A stretch of 63,301 nt of DNA, counting the filler, from Reticulomyxa filosa (lineage: Eukaryota > Protista > Foraminifera): NCBI GenBank assembly GCA_000512085.1. It is 23 parts of 23 records of this genome, joined end to end, with 100 filler letters (N's around TTAATTAATTAA, not from the genome) between each part and the next. Parts side by side here need not be neighbours in the genome. Positions count along the whole stretch, not along the records: positions 38,432 to 42,126 come from ASPP01009149.1; positions 42,227 to 43,322 come from ASPP01019583.1; positions 43,423 to 46,147 come from ASPP01022651.1; positions 46,248 to 48,334 come from ASPP01034040.1; positions 48,435 to 49,725 come from ASPP01026759.1; positions 49,826 to 52,573 come from ASPP01015170.1; 17 more parts are not named here. One strand, 5' to 3'. The translations under genes and the position numbers were made by a program. Under the pieces are notes generated by a model. It saw only the letters and a program-made list of their open reading frames with translations, made no database searches and was not told where the DNA came from. Numbering within the stretch: the first letter of the stretch is position 1; every line of letters starts with the position of its first letter. Positions 38,530 to 51,947 of the stretch are shown here, in pieces.

Positions 38530-38929
38530 GCTGAAAGAAACGAAAAAGTATTTTCACTTGTACAATTCACTGAATGATGTTCATTCAAGCATTTCCGACG
38601 AAGTCAAATTACTTGAACAAATTCAGGAGGAATTCCCCTCTCGAGTCAAAAATGAATCTTTGCGTGTCGAATTTGTTTCCTCTCTTGACAAAATGATCTC
38701 CAATTTAGATCAAATTATATCCAATAGTGAAGGGCAACTTAATCAGGTGTTGGAACAGAAAAATAAAATCTCTCAAGATTATAATCAGGTACTTAGTGCC
38801 CAACGCAAGTATTACATGTCTGTCAAAGAGTTCCAAGACGCTTGTAATGTCAATGTCGCTTTGGCTCAAAAAATTGAAATTTTCGAAAAGAAGTTGGAAG
38901 AACTCCAGTCCCAAGACGATGCCCACTAA
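38530..38929 (+). CDS. CCDC93: CCDC93 (CCC/Commander complex) C-terminal exon
   Basis: KYFHLYNSLNDVHSSISDEVKLLEQIQEEF...QRKYYMSVKEFQDAC aligns with the recalled CCDC93 C-terminus (QFFTLYNTLDD..LEKEISLLNSIHENF...QRLYFKTVKEFKEE). CAG acceptor at ~38529. Confidence 0.8.
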
Positions 38930-41707
38930 TCGATTATCATTTTCATTTTATACATTCATTCACTCAACTAACTACTAACTACCTGTAAAGGGAGCGTAAG
39001 GTTGACAAACCTAATTATGTTTTTTATTATTAAGTAAAAACCAAATTTTTTTTATCGCATCAAATCTTGTCAAGTTTTTCTTTTTTTCCCCTTGCAAATT
39101 TCACATTATCTTCGCTCTGTTCACGAATGTGCAATTATCCTTAATTTCCTCCGCGTTTTTTCAGCAAAGGATTTGTAATATCGACATAAGCGGACGAAAT
39201 TTAATAATTCAGAGTGAAACAAAAACTGTTTTGGTGATTGCGTTCTCTAATTCATTAATTGCAACAGTTAAAAAGAAATTGTTCTTTTCAACCATCAAAT
39301 GCAATATAAAGCAAGCTGTCATCAGACAGACGCTATAAAACATTAAGGAATTATTGCCACAATTACAATAGCAATGCAAGTCATCTTTTTGCATTGCCAA
39401 AAATGGTTCATGTTCATTTTGCTAGGATATGTACATTATGCAATGATAACGACATGCTGCAGTAGATATTCATAACAAAAAACATTTTGGCTATTCAGAG
39501 TTTGTGTTTCAAATGTACTTTCCTTTAATAATATATGCAAATTCAGCAAATTATATAAGTCTTCAAAAAAAGTCTAAAAAGATGTGCGATGCATGAACTT
39601 GTTTTTGTACAGTCAGATTTTTATTTAAATAACAATAATTTTAATTTAATTGTTATTGTTTTTTTCCAACAAATTTGATCATATTATAACATGTTTTTTT
39701 ATAGCGAAAAGTGATGTTTTATAAATAGTAGAGATGCTGCATAACTTTATTCTTTTCAAACTAATATGTTGAATAAACTAAGTCATAAATGATATCAAAC
39801 ATTGTTGCTTGAATGAACTAACATTAAAATTTGCTAAAAAAATTGAAAACTTGGAAATAATAATAACTAAGTATCAATGCAATTATATTCTTGATTAATA
39901 AAAAGTGTGTTGAAATAATGTTAATTTAGTATAATGTAATATCCACATAATTCCTTTTTTTACGTAAGTATACTTTAACTAGCAAGTGTATTATTAGCAA
40001 TACATCTTTGAGATATTATCAATTTAAACAGAGAATTATAAAATATATAAAAATTTGTAAAAATGTCTTCAAATAAAATTTTTAATAAATCAATTTTGAT
40101 ATTATTTTTCTTTTTTTGATAAAAATGACTTCTTTTTTCCAGTTAAAAAGTATTTTAAATAAATTTGTTGGTTCCAAAAAAAGCACATGTATTACACTTT
40201 TTTTTTGGTAAAAATCACGTACTGTTTCTGAAAAGCATTCAAAATTACGTAAACGAACACTTTGAACGGAATTTAGATTTTAAGGAGTTTTTAGCTTGAA
40301 TGCAACAACATCTAGAACTTAGCAAAACGACTTTATGTTGCAATAGAATGTTAGCGAGAAAAAATAGTGACTATTTTTATACACGATTCTTGAATATTGT
40401 CAATACACAATAATCATGCTATTGCTTTTACAGGCAAGCTAGTCAAAATGTTTTAGCTAAACTGTATTCCTAAATCAATGTAATAAAACGTGCCTTGCAA
40501 ACCGCAATAAATGGATCCCAACAAATAATTATCGATTTGTTTATTGAAACAATAGATTGTTCAAATTGCGTAGAGGATATCTATACCTTTTTTCCTTTTT
40601 TCGCTATAAAAACTAAATCGTTTTTGGAAACATTGCGTTTTTATCTACGAAGCAAAAATCATAATTTAAATTCTGCTGATTTTTGAGCAGCATGACAACG
40701 CTTTACATTTGGTTAATATTCAAAAGGTTTCTATGTCAACCAAACATTGCTTAGTTTGAAATTAAAGTATATATCATTATTGGCCATTATGTAATCTTTT
40801 GAGTAAATTAGTAAGAGCAGACCGCTTGGAGTTATATCGTGCGATTTGTCGTGTTGTTCCAGTTCCTCTTTTTAGTACTATTTTTGTTAATACTCTCTTT
40901 TCAATGCTTTCTTATTAAATGCGTATAAAAAAATGATTAAGCTTAATTTCTTTTCTTAATTTTGTTATGAATTTGAAAGTGTCAGGCTGTTCAAAATATT
41001 CGTTGCTAACTCTCACAGTATGTCATGCTGATTTATTAGTGATTACATGTGATAATTATTGATCGATTTAAATTGTAAACAATACTACATTATAACAAAC
41101 ATTCTAATAGATGTAATGTTTCCGTTGTAATCTATAAATGAGTTTTTGCTAAGGTAAGCATATTCAATCGTAGTGAGGCGTGTAGAAATACACTAAAATG
41201 CAAAAAATTAAAATTTAAATTATGTTAATATAGATAACGATTTTTTCAATGTAACTTTAGTTATTCCTTTACTTTGTCGATAGTCTTTCACAAGTAATGT
41301 ATATTTCATAACATGTATTTAATTTTTCTTTCTGTTAAACTATAAACTTAAAAAAAAACAATGTTACACGAAGCTCAAAAGCTAGTTTTGTGGGAAACTC
41401 AGTTACTCTTAGCTTAACACAAGAAATGATGTACAACACAACGTGAGTAAGTCTTTTTTTGAACGTGACTGCCTTGTCTGGTCAGGCGAAAAAAGAGTCT
41501 GAAACAGCCTGTTAAAACAAATGAAAACATGCACAGCAATTGTGGAAATGCTGCTATCAACTTCTATAAATAAGTTTTGTAAAAACACCAAATTCCAGCA
41601 CAAATGTCAAGCATGAAATAATCCGCAATTGTTGTGCACAAACAGACTCAATCTCTGAGTTTTGTTAGATTTTAAAAAAATATAATAATATAAATTTCGA
41701 AGAAGCC

Positions 41708-41792
41708 ATGCGATCAAATCACGAACGCTTGGTGGAGTATTTCATTACTGTAGGGATAGAAGAGAACTCCATCGTCCCTATTCCAGATGACA
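41708..41792 (+). CDS. Probable first exon of a DENN-domain protein
   Basis: MRSNHERLVEYFITVG matches the typical uDENN start (RLxEYFxxVG). Followed by a GT donor; the rest is not resolved. Confidence 0.5.
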
Positions 41793-43422
41793 GTTAGCCA
41801 TGTTTGCTTAGCAAAGAGAGCAAGGAGAGAGTCAAACAAAGACTTTTTTTGTTGTTACAAGCAAACGAAAGAAACATGACATCGGACCACTCCAAACTCC
41901 TCCTCCCCTCTCCTCCTCCCCCCCCCCCATGCCCACACAACACAAATGAAAAGTATGTGCAAATCCAATCCGAGAGCTTCGAGTAGTTTCGGAAAAAGAC
42001 CTTTTGCCAGAAGAATTTGTGCGTCTTTCGACAACAATAACAGGAAAAGATGCCCATTTTAACGAAGTGATGCAATCAAAAAAAAAAAAATACTTTTTTT
42101 CGAAGGAAAAAAACAAACAGCAATAANNNNNNNNNNNNNNNNNNNNNNNNNNNNNNNNNNNNNNNNNNNNTTAATTAATTAANNNNNNNNNNNNNNNNNN
42201 NNNNNNNNNNNNNNNNNNNNNNNNNNTTACTATGGCGGAATTATACTTGTTCAAAATGTAAGTGTATCAGCGCTATTATATACTGCGAATTTTGATAAAG
42301 ATCCAACGTCTGCGATGATTTACATTAAGTTGATATCTATATTTTTTGGTCTAATCGTGTTAGTGACTCAACTAACAAGTTAATTATATTTCTTTTTTTT
42401 TCCATTTAAATATTTAATTTTTGTTTTTTTTTAGGAAGAATCATTTTGGTCAGTGAAAACCTGAATATCAATTCTAATTCTTCAAGCTCTTCTGGTTCTT
42501 CTAGCTCTTCAAACTTTTCCATCCTTTCAACTATTACAACTATTCCAACATCACTGATAACAACTTTTAGAATCAACAAGTTTTCGAGATATTAGCTAGA
42601 TGAAAAAAAATAGAACAATCACTTACAAGATTAACTAAGAACTTATGTTTTTTAATTTATTTTGAAAGAGTTGTTTTTGATTTTGTTTGTTAAGCAATTT
42701 TAATTTTGTTCTTTTTCCAAGTTCAATACGGTTTTATTGAGCCTTTTGAATTTCAACTTCATTTTTTTTCATGTCTTTTTGTTTTATATCCAAGAAAACG
42801 AAAGACATCACATTCGTTAATTTTTTTTTTAATTTCCTTGTAAAAAAAAATAGTTGGATGTTAGATGAAGAGAAGTATTAGCAGTATATAAACATAAGCG
42901 TATAAAAATTTAATAAATGTTCAAAAAAATTCTATTGCTTGTAATAATCTCTTTTTGTAAATTTTTTTATGTTTGTTTTTCTAGCGCGGTATCCTTTTTA
43001 ATCTCCTAAAGTAATACAAAAGAAATATTTCCATTCCTAAGATTACACAAACAGATTTTTTTTATCAACATGGGTAAAATATACTTTTTTGTCTGAAAAA
43101 GTATGTACAATTGTACAGAAATATTTTAAAGTTTAATAAAAAAGTACAAGGGGACATAGACAACAAAAAAAAATATCATCAACTGGGAATATTGAAACAT
43201 GTTCACTTCCAATAGGTGAGTGTATGGAATTATGACTTCTAGGGAGGGTCAAGGAGCAAAAAAAATAACAATAAAGGGGATGAGAAAACAATATCATACA
43301 CAAACACACAACAATAAAGATTNNNNNNNNNNNNNNNNNNNNNNNNNNNNNNNNNNNNNNNNNNNNTTAATTAATTAANNNNNNNNNNNNNNNNNNNNNN
43401 NNNNNNNNNNNNNNNNNNNNNN

Positions 43423-43842
43423 TAAAGACAATGATTCACAAAAAAGGATCATTTAATACCACTGAAAAAATCTTTGGAACCAATTTGAAACAAAATGTGA
43501 AAAATGGAAACAAACATTTGTGAAACCTTAATAAAGTCGATGCCAAAGAGAATACAGGCAGTTAAAAAGGCCAAAGGAGATATAACACGTTGGTAAATTT
43601 AATTAAATTTAAAAAACAAATCTTATCATACTCGGGCAACACAAAAAAATTTTTTTAAAGTAAATGTAGAATAAAATTTTTGAAAAAATTGTAAAGCTTA
43701 ATAAAAACCAAAATGATATTTAAAAACTACACGATTTGTAGATATTTTAAAAAGTTATGTCTGAATGCTGTTTTTTCATGAAGAAAATCAATTCCTCTAT
43801 AATGTGCAATTTTAGGTTTCAACTTTATTTTGCATTATACTG
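43423..43842 (+). mobile_element. Tc1/mariner element, 3' end (transposase C-terminus + putative right TIR)
   Basis: ETLIKSMPKRIQAVKKAKGDITRW* (ends ~43596) matches the Tc1 transposase C-terminal motif. The element ends ...TGCATTATACTG|TA, i.e. TA-CAGT on the reverse strand, the canonical Tc1 terminus. Confidence 0.8.
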
Positions 43843-45661
43843 TATTTGTCCTTTTTTTCCTTTGTATTATTTAGTGAAATCTCTTATTTTGGACCAGATG
43901 CTTTTTCAACTTGATTTTGTTTAAAATTTGGGTTGATGAAAGGGCTAAAAACAGTGATGAGTGGATGAAGCAATTAGTATTATGAACATTAACGCTATCA
44001 CATTGCAAAAGCTTCAAAAGAAAATGAACACATATAATTCTTTCTTATTTAATCGAATATTACGTGCTACTTAGAACAATATTGATCACAATTAAATTGT
44101 GAAAATATATAATTGTATTTAGTCAAAATTATAACAATTTAATCTTTGGCACATATAGTTAGGTTATTAGCATATTGAGCATTTTTAAGTACATTATCAC
44201 TTTGCTTCGCTTGATGTAGCAAATATAGTGATATACTTTGTGGATTGTGCTACCATATAATAATATAGCACAATATATATTATCACATGCATGTAGGGAT
44301 AAAAATCCTGATAAACTAAAATGGCATATAAAGAAAATCAATTTTCTAAGTCAAAAATAAACATTTTTAAAAATTTTTTTATTAAAAAAAAATCTAATCC
44401 TCAAGTGGTTCAAAATGCATTTCATTTTTTCTACAATTTTTTGTCAATTATGTGGTACGTCGGCTAATGATAAGAAACTACACTAAATGTAATACGAAGG
44501 TTTAATCAAAAGAGATCGGCTTTCAACAAAACAAAAGTAAATTAAATAAATAAAGATGAATAGCACAATAAAAGAAAGAAAACAAAGATTGAAGAAAAGT
44601 TGTTGGAGAAGTTTAACTCACTGGGAGCTCCTCAAATATTTCAGAGCTCAGCCATCTATAGTAGGGACTTGCACTATAATTAAACGTCCAAATTCAATGT
44701 GTATATTCGAATTCAATGTTCAATAATGACATCTATTTTTTCTAACTAATTGCAAATAAGTTGTGTTTATTTAAATTTCTTTTTGTGCGGTCTCCATAAA
44801 AATTTAATGTAAACTAGATCCAAACTTTCTAAAAACTTAAAATAAAGCTTAACAGTGGACTCAAGATAAACAATATTTTAATAAATATTTTTCGGCTGGA
44901 AATAATAATCAATTTATAATAAAAGATTTTTACATATTTTATACTAACTGTAATATTAAGGTAATATGGCTGATCATTACAAGTTAAACGCTAAACCATG
45001 TGCACTGGACAATATTATAGTCAAGTGGATCATCAATGTGGTGTCTATGCAAGAGCTTTGTGTTGCGGCACTGTGATCCCATTATATAATTGCGTATCGT
45101 GTTGCAAAGTTTATGTAAATTTATCACCATTTTTTTTTTCGGCTTATGGTTTTGTCTTTCACAAACATTATCTCCAAAAAACTTGCGAGAAAAAAATTAT
45201 CAACTGCCGTTCACACAATTAGTAAATATTAAAGTTTCTGACTTAACGTGTGCTGAATCAAATACAACGGTCAATTATAACTTCCATCCTCTGGTAGTGT
45301 TGTTCTTTGTATCCAACAAAAAGCATTGCTCAACTGATGCAAAAAAAAAGTGAAGGAAATTGCAGCAACTGTTCATAATGACAACAGAACAGATATCACT
45401 TTACATTGTTATTAGAGCAACGAAATAAATTGAAGAAATGCGTATGTAGTAAATTCTAGATTTTGAAAAGGGTCCTTGATGAACATGATTGCAAGGTTCC
45501 TCACATTGAATAAACTCAAATCATCAAAAAAACATCTGTAACTGTAATTTTGGTGAACATATTGGTTCGCTTTTACCCCAACTTCTTTGTATGTTGCCCT
45601 GCTCAATAAACAGCCCAAAACCCTGAAAACAGGAAAAAAAGGCTCCAACAAAAGGGCATTC

Positions 45662-46072
45662 TTAAAAGAGCCCTGCGTCTGCATCTGCAAATGACAATGC
45701 ATTGCTGTCTTGCTTTTGTTCTTTCGAATACTGTTCAAAATATTGAAAGATAATACTTACAGCCAACAATATTCCAGTACCGCTGCCAATAGCCCCTATT
45801 GTTAGTTACAAAGTGCAAGTGCATTTGTGAAACCCCGAGTTTTAAATACTTAAGATAAAACAAATAAATAAAAATAAAATAATGTTTCAAAATACTTTAC
45901 CCATAAAATCTGCAAATATGGACAAAACACCAATACACATCCCGCCCAGTGCAGCTGCTGTGGGAATATAGCGATATAATATTTTCACCACAGATTGCTC
46001 TTTGAAGCCTTTGATTACCAAGCCTTGCTTTTCTAATTGTTTAGCGACATCACGTGGCGATGCACCAGATAC
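45662..46072 (-). CDS. SEC61A: Sec61 alpha subunit, last two exons
   Basis: [22 protein letters not shown]...[24 protein letters not shown]|[21 protein letters not shown]. Intron 45900-45796. Not in the ORF track. Confidence 0.95.
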
Positions 46073-46261
46073 CTATTGTAAGAAAATGGTGATGTGTCAT
46101 TCGAGAATTGAAATTTAAAATGTGAATAGATAGACATATATGTATATNNNNNNNNNNNNNNNNNNNNNNNNNNNNNNNNNNNNNNNNNNNNTTAATTAAT
46201 TAANNNNNNNNNNNNNNNNNNNNNNNNNNNNNNNNNNNNNNNNNNNNAAAAAAAAAAAAAT

Positions 46262-48334
46262 TTGGAAAAAAAAAAAATAGGAGCAAAAGAAGAAGATTTA
46301 CCATTTGAACAATTGCATTCTGATGGAAACGTATATTGGTGCATTTGGGATATGGATGAGCAAGTGTCTCAAATGGAAGCAATATCTTTTTATATTAAAA
46401 TGACGGAAACAAAAGCAGACAACACTCAGGTCACATCAATAATTGACAAGAGAACGCGCACATTCCGATCGCAAGTGACAGTTATACATATCCCCGAAAA
46501 GAAAAAGCTTTCAAATTTGACTATTACTCAACAATATGAAATATATTTTTGGGCTATCTTTGAACATTTGAATTGGAGTATGAATGAAACCATTCCAGTG
46601 TCAGTGGCTCTAAATGCGATATCCGAATTTCTTCGCCATTGCAGTGATCCGAAGGAGGAACATTCCAAGATGATTCAATACGGGTCAATGATAACCACAT
46701 TATTATCATTGACAAGAGATAGTCTTAACAAAATTACACAAGATAAGGAACTGGAATGGGGACAAGTTTATCACTTTATTATTATTATTATCATTATTAT
46801 CATTATTATTAAAAAAAACAACGAAATATCCACCATTTGATATATGTATATATTTGTGATAATGTGTGTTTCCCCCCCACAATAGATGATTCGTGGCGTC
46901 TTTAGTTTCTATTTGGTTTTATGTTATTGCAATGGAAACATCAAACTGGAACAAATAATTCGTTTTTGTTTTTTTTTTGAAAAAAATAAAAAGGAGCATT
47001 AAAATGTTCGTAATCTTTTGATGCAACATTTGCAAGCGTGTGACTTGAACAATGAATTTGCACTTTCACGAAATGGTGCATTGCAAACGACTGGAACAAG
47101 AAGAAAAACCTGATGTGCAAAAGTTTGTTCAATTGTCGGAAACATTGAAAAACAAAGTGGAAAATAAAAATCTGTTGGATATACTGTTGGTTATTGCGGA
47201 GTGCAAAATGTGGACGTATTATCTGTCTCATTATATCAGTCGAACCATGACCGTTTCATATGCGTATGAAGACGAGGGAATTGAACACTCTTGGATGGAA
47301 GGCAAAGAAAAGTTCACGCAGACCTACTTGTCGGCACAAGAGTGTGGCAGTATTGGACGATTATACAGATGTGATCAAAATGGAATAACTGAAATGGAGC
47401 GGCAGATACGTCAAGGCTTGAAATATTACCTTATGGTCGAGTTATGGAGAAGAAAAGGCTCCACTGCTGCTTTGCATTTGAATGACAAAAAATTTAAGGG
47501 CTTATTTGGATTTGTGGTAGGAATTAGTGACAATCATCAACAGAGTAGCTCTATCAAAAATGTACCTCCCAATGATATCTTTCAATTATTGGAATATTGC
47601 AATAACCAAAGATTAAACAGTGCCTTCAAGGAAATGCGCTCTACTTTTTCAAAGGCTTTCATTTCCAATCAAATTGATTGGAAAAGCTTTGAACGAAAGC
47701 ACTTTATACATTTTATTGCTGGTTAACGCACACAAACTTAATTTTAAAAAAAAGATCGGAGTCTGATTATTATTTCATATTTGTTTGAATGAAACAAAAC
47801 AACAGGCATATTTACGGAATTGTATTTGAAAAACAATACAAACCATTCTGATACTATAATGCAATTTGCGAGAAGTATCAGTAAATACTCCAATAATCAT
47901 TTGCAAGGTACGCAGTCTGGACGATGTAATGATCGAATAAGCTTTTTGTTCTCACAGTTTTGTATTGCACACTTTCATTAAAATAAATTAGTCAAAATAT
48001 ACAAGTGAGGAAGGGGCAAACATATAATAGGCTGGCAATTGGTGTTTCAGAGTATTCTCCATTCAAAAATCAAAATGGCGAAGCAACATTGGAGCATGTG
48101 CAAATATATCGGTTGGCTTGGCATTTAGTTGGAGTGGTCTTATCTTTGCCACAGTCGCCTTTGAGTATTCTATTCCACAACCCAATGGCCTACGCTAGCC
48201 AATATCTGTTAGCAATGCCGGAAGATCAGAGTGCCTCGTTGCTTCGGGCGATGGCTGGATCTGGAGCCTGGCTATGTCCCAACAATCACTTGTACTTTGT
48301 AACCGATTGCACAGCAACAAACGAAAGCGCAAAG
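46262..48334 (+). CDS. RNF213: RNF213-like E3 module fragment ending in an RZ (RNF213-ZNFX1) finger, multi-exon
   Basis: RLAWHLVGVVLSLPQSPLSILFHNPMAYASQYLLAMPEDQ...WLCPNNHLYFVTDC matches recalled RNF213 EMAIHAAAVLL...PLKNLAFSPATMAHAFLPTMPED...WYTCPNGHPCSVGEC. Upstream exons are helical. Truncated at both ends. Confidence 0.82.
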
Positions 48335-49836
48335 NNNNNNNNNNNNNNNNNNNNNNNNNNNNNNNNNNNNNNNNNNNNTTAATTAATTAANNNNNNNNNN
48401 NNNNNNNNNNNNNNNNNNNNNNNNNNNNNNNNNNCTTTCTGACTACGAATGCAAATTCATCAAAAAGGATATAATAATAACTCAAAATGGAAATGAAGAG
48501 CTAATGTTGTTTCGCATTTGTTACAAAAGGAGCAACATTGTGCCAGTCGATAATTGGGTCGATGATTCAAAAATCAATCCATTATTTGACAAATCAAGAA
48601 AAAAGCATAAATATTGGCAATGTGTTGGCCCTGATGAATGGATACACGAACATCATTTTGTGTCAGCAGTCGAGTCTTCCCTCCCCCTTCCAAAGACGTA
48701 GTTGATCCTTCCACTTTCGCAACCGAGTGATTCGATTTTTTTTTTAATTAAATAATTCATAGCCATATCGACAAGTGACAAGACCGCCACTAAAAAAAAA
48801 ATGGTAGCTCTAGGGGACGAGCCTTTTCAATGATATCAAGTCCGTCAGTCGTCCTAAAATAATGGAATACTTGATTGGAACACAATAGTAATAGCAACAG
48901 CAGCAATATCAATATCGATGGTTGCAGTAGATGAAAGTAAAACTGACAATATCATTGTTGAATTGTTGCTGATGATGGAAATCATGGAAGCCTCACTACA
49001 ACACACGCATCTGTCATTTCTCCAATAAAATGTATTTGTTCATTATTGAACAAATATCTATTAGTGACGACTTGCGTCGAATGTTGATCATAGTATTGCG
49101 TTTTGAATAACGTATAATTTGGGAAAAAAAATTGGCGGTCCATATCGTGTATGTGTGGCTCATGATGGATTGAAGGTGGTGATCTGATTATTATTGTGAT
49201 TATATGTGCAACCGATATTCCAAGTTATAATGTTTTTTTTGATGTAATTGAAATATATATGATCAATACACATATATGACATAGGTCTCCAAAGAATACA
49301 GTAACTGTCTTATCGAGAAATTGGAAAGTGTTTGTGATGGTTGCGGTACCAGTAAACAAAGATAAAGTGATGAATATTCGATTGCAAGTATTTAACACTT
49401 GCCTCAAAATTTTTGATTTTTTGTGTGAATTGTATTTTTTTAATAATAATTCAATTTCTTCATCCAGCTCACCTGACATCTTTACCAAATTATGCTCATC
49501 GTAAAAAAATTTTTGAATTTTAATATTTTAAATCTTAAAGAAAGTAGAAAATGTGCAAATAAATTCGATTTGATTTTCGCTTTTGTCTTTGGAAAAAACT
49601 GACAACTGGAATTAATCGCAGGTTTTCTATGTCTAACTTTGTATCAAGAAAAAAAAACAATGCATAATCGAGAGATGTTGTAAATATTTTGCAATGCCAG
49701 TTATAACTGACCAGTCGTCATGAAANNNNNNNNNNNNNNNNNNNNNNNNNNNNNNNNNNNNNNNNNNNNTTAATTAATTAANNNNNNNNNNNNNNNNNNN
49801 NNNNNNNNNNNNNNNNNNNNNNNNNACAAACAAAAA

Positions 49837-50576
49837 TCAGTTCAAGTTATAACTTTGAGAGTGCAGCTCATTTAATAATGTTTCCCCATTGGCAGGACTG
49901 GTTGTGATCACTGCATTGTTGATGCATTGCAGTCGATGTCCTTGTGCCCCTTGCTCGGCGCACAGAGACCACAACTTGAAACAGTTGTGATGCATCATGT
50001 AATTGCGATTCGATATTGTCACATAATTTGAACCTTTTTTTTTTTTATATAAAACAAAAAAAAAAAGAGGGTACACCAATAATGAGCTTTATATAGAAAA
50101 CGACCGCAACAACAAAACGAAACTAACACTCGGTGGAGCACTAAACTGAAGGCATGAAAAATGTCAAAGGTGATGGTGCCGGCAATTCCATTGAAAGGCC
50201 TGGCTTTATATGACTGAAATACCGAAGTTGTATTGAATGGAAATTCCACGGTTAGCACTGGAGTATGTACTGCTCCGTTCATTATCATTGCCATTGTCAT
50301 TTGCTTGGCATGCTGTGGTATTGCGGAAATGGTACTTATTTCTTTGGTATCGAACATCCAACATATTGGCTCCTCATTGCTCATGTCTATTTTCTCTTTG
50401 TATTGTACTTGCCTATGTTGCTTTGTTGTTTTGTCGCTATCTCTCCATAATATCAACTCTATTGTTTGTTCTCTCTGCTTTTCCATGTTTTCAATTGCTC
50501 CAATTTTTACACATGATTTCACTACCATATATCCATTGCTCACACTTTTGCAACAAATCCATAGCACTGTCATCAT
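49837..50576 (-). CDS. Hypothetical beta-rich protein fragment
   Basis: ORFs 50019-50576 and 49837-50079 can be joined by an intron. No family recognised. Confidence 0.4.
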
Positions 50577-51947
50577 TCCATTTTATTTTTTTTTACGTAC
50601 CTAGAAAAAAAAAGGTATGTATTGTGTATTCTTTGTTTCGAAACTAAAGATAAATATTGCTGTAAAAGACGGCTGGCGGAACATCACAAATTTCAAATAT
50701 CTTCGCAAAGTGCTATTGTCTGTTTTTTACTTTTTATGCTATGCACCTTCAAACACTCGATGCCTTGGCTCGCGATTGTTGCATTTTTTCCCTGTGCCCC
50801 TTACCTGGCGCTTTCAACTATCACAACACTCTTGTTTGCCGTTTACTTGCTCAAAATGAAAATTCAAATTTAAGCTATCCACATAATTTCTTAACAGCCT
50901 GCAATTTTTCTGAAGAATGTGATACTACATCGTTGAAAGTTTGACAATGAAACTTTGAAAAGATATTCAACAGATAAGTTAGAATATTGGTGTACATATC
51001 TATTGTAGTTCATGCTAGAGCATTGATATTGAATCACATATAACAACTAATTATATCTAAGTACAATTAATAATATATAAATGGTTATTACAGCTATGAA
51101 TTTTCTTTTGATATCTTAAAAATATTATTGCCATTCTTTGTCACTCATCCAATAATTGCGCAAAATTCCCAGTGAAAATTTCAATGCAAATCTCAAAATT
51201 TTATTTACATAAAAATCACTTGCAGACAAAGTGAATAATTAAATCATTTTATAGATACTTGAAAGGGATAATTTCGATCAACATTAATTTGGGTTTTGCA
51301 AATATGTGAAAACTTACGTTTAATCTAAATAATAGCTAAATTTGTCATTATACAAATTATTGATTTTTTTACAATTATATTTTATCAGATATAATGTTAT
51401 AATGTGTAATAATTCATTCAAAAATAAGAAAAAATGCAACAAATAGAACCAAATGCCAATAAAATAATATGTAAAGATAATGAATGCAAATTGATTCACT
51501 ATCTCTTGCACATTATTCCATGGAGCCTTGGAATTTGTTACTAAAACTTCTTTTAATTCCTTTAGTTTTCTATACACATGAAAGAAAATTACCAAAAATC
51601 ATGTATATGAATTATTTTTTGAAAGTAAACATTAAAATTTTTTAATTTAATTTATTGTGTTGTAATATATTAACACTGTTTAAATTGCACTAGTTAAGTG
51701 TACGTAAAAATATAGGAAGGAAGTGTTAGCTAAGATCATTTTGAGTCTTTCTGTCTAAAAATTATGTCCAAGTTTTAGACAGATTCCATTGTCTCAATCT
51801 TTTCCGATAACATAACTTGACGCTAGTTTTAAAACGCAAAAAAAAAAGGTTGTTTTCTGACCTTCCAAGTTTGAACGTGAAGGTTTGTGTCATAATTTTT
51901 TGAAACTTACATAAGCCATCCAAGAAAATTTGCAAAGGATCAAAAAA

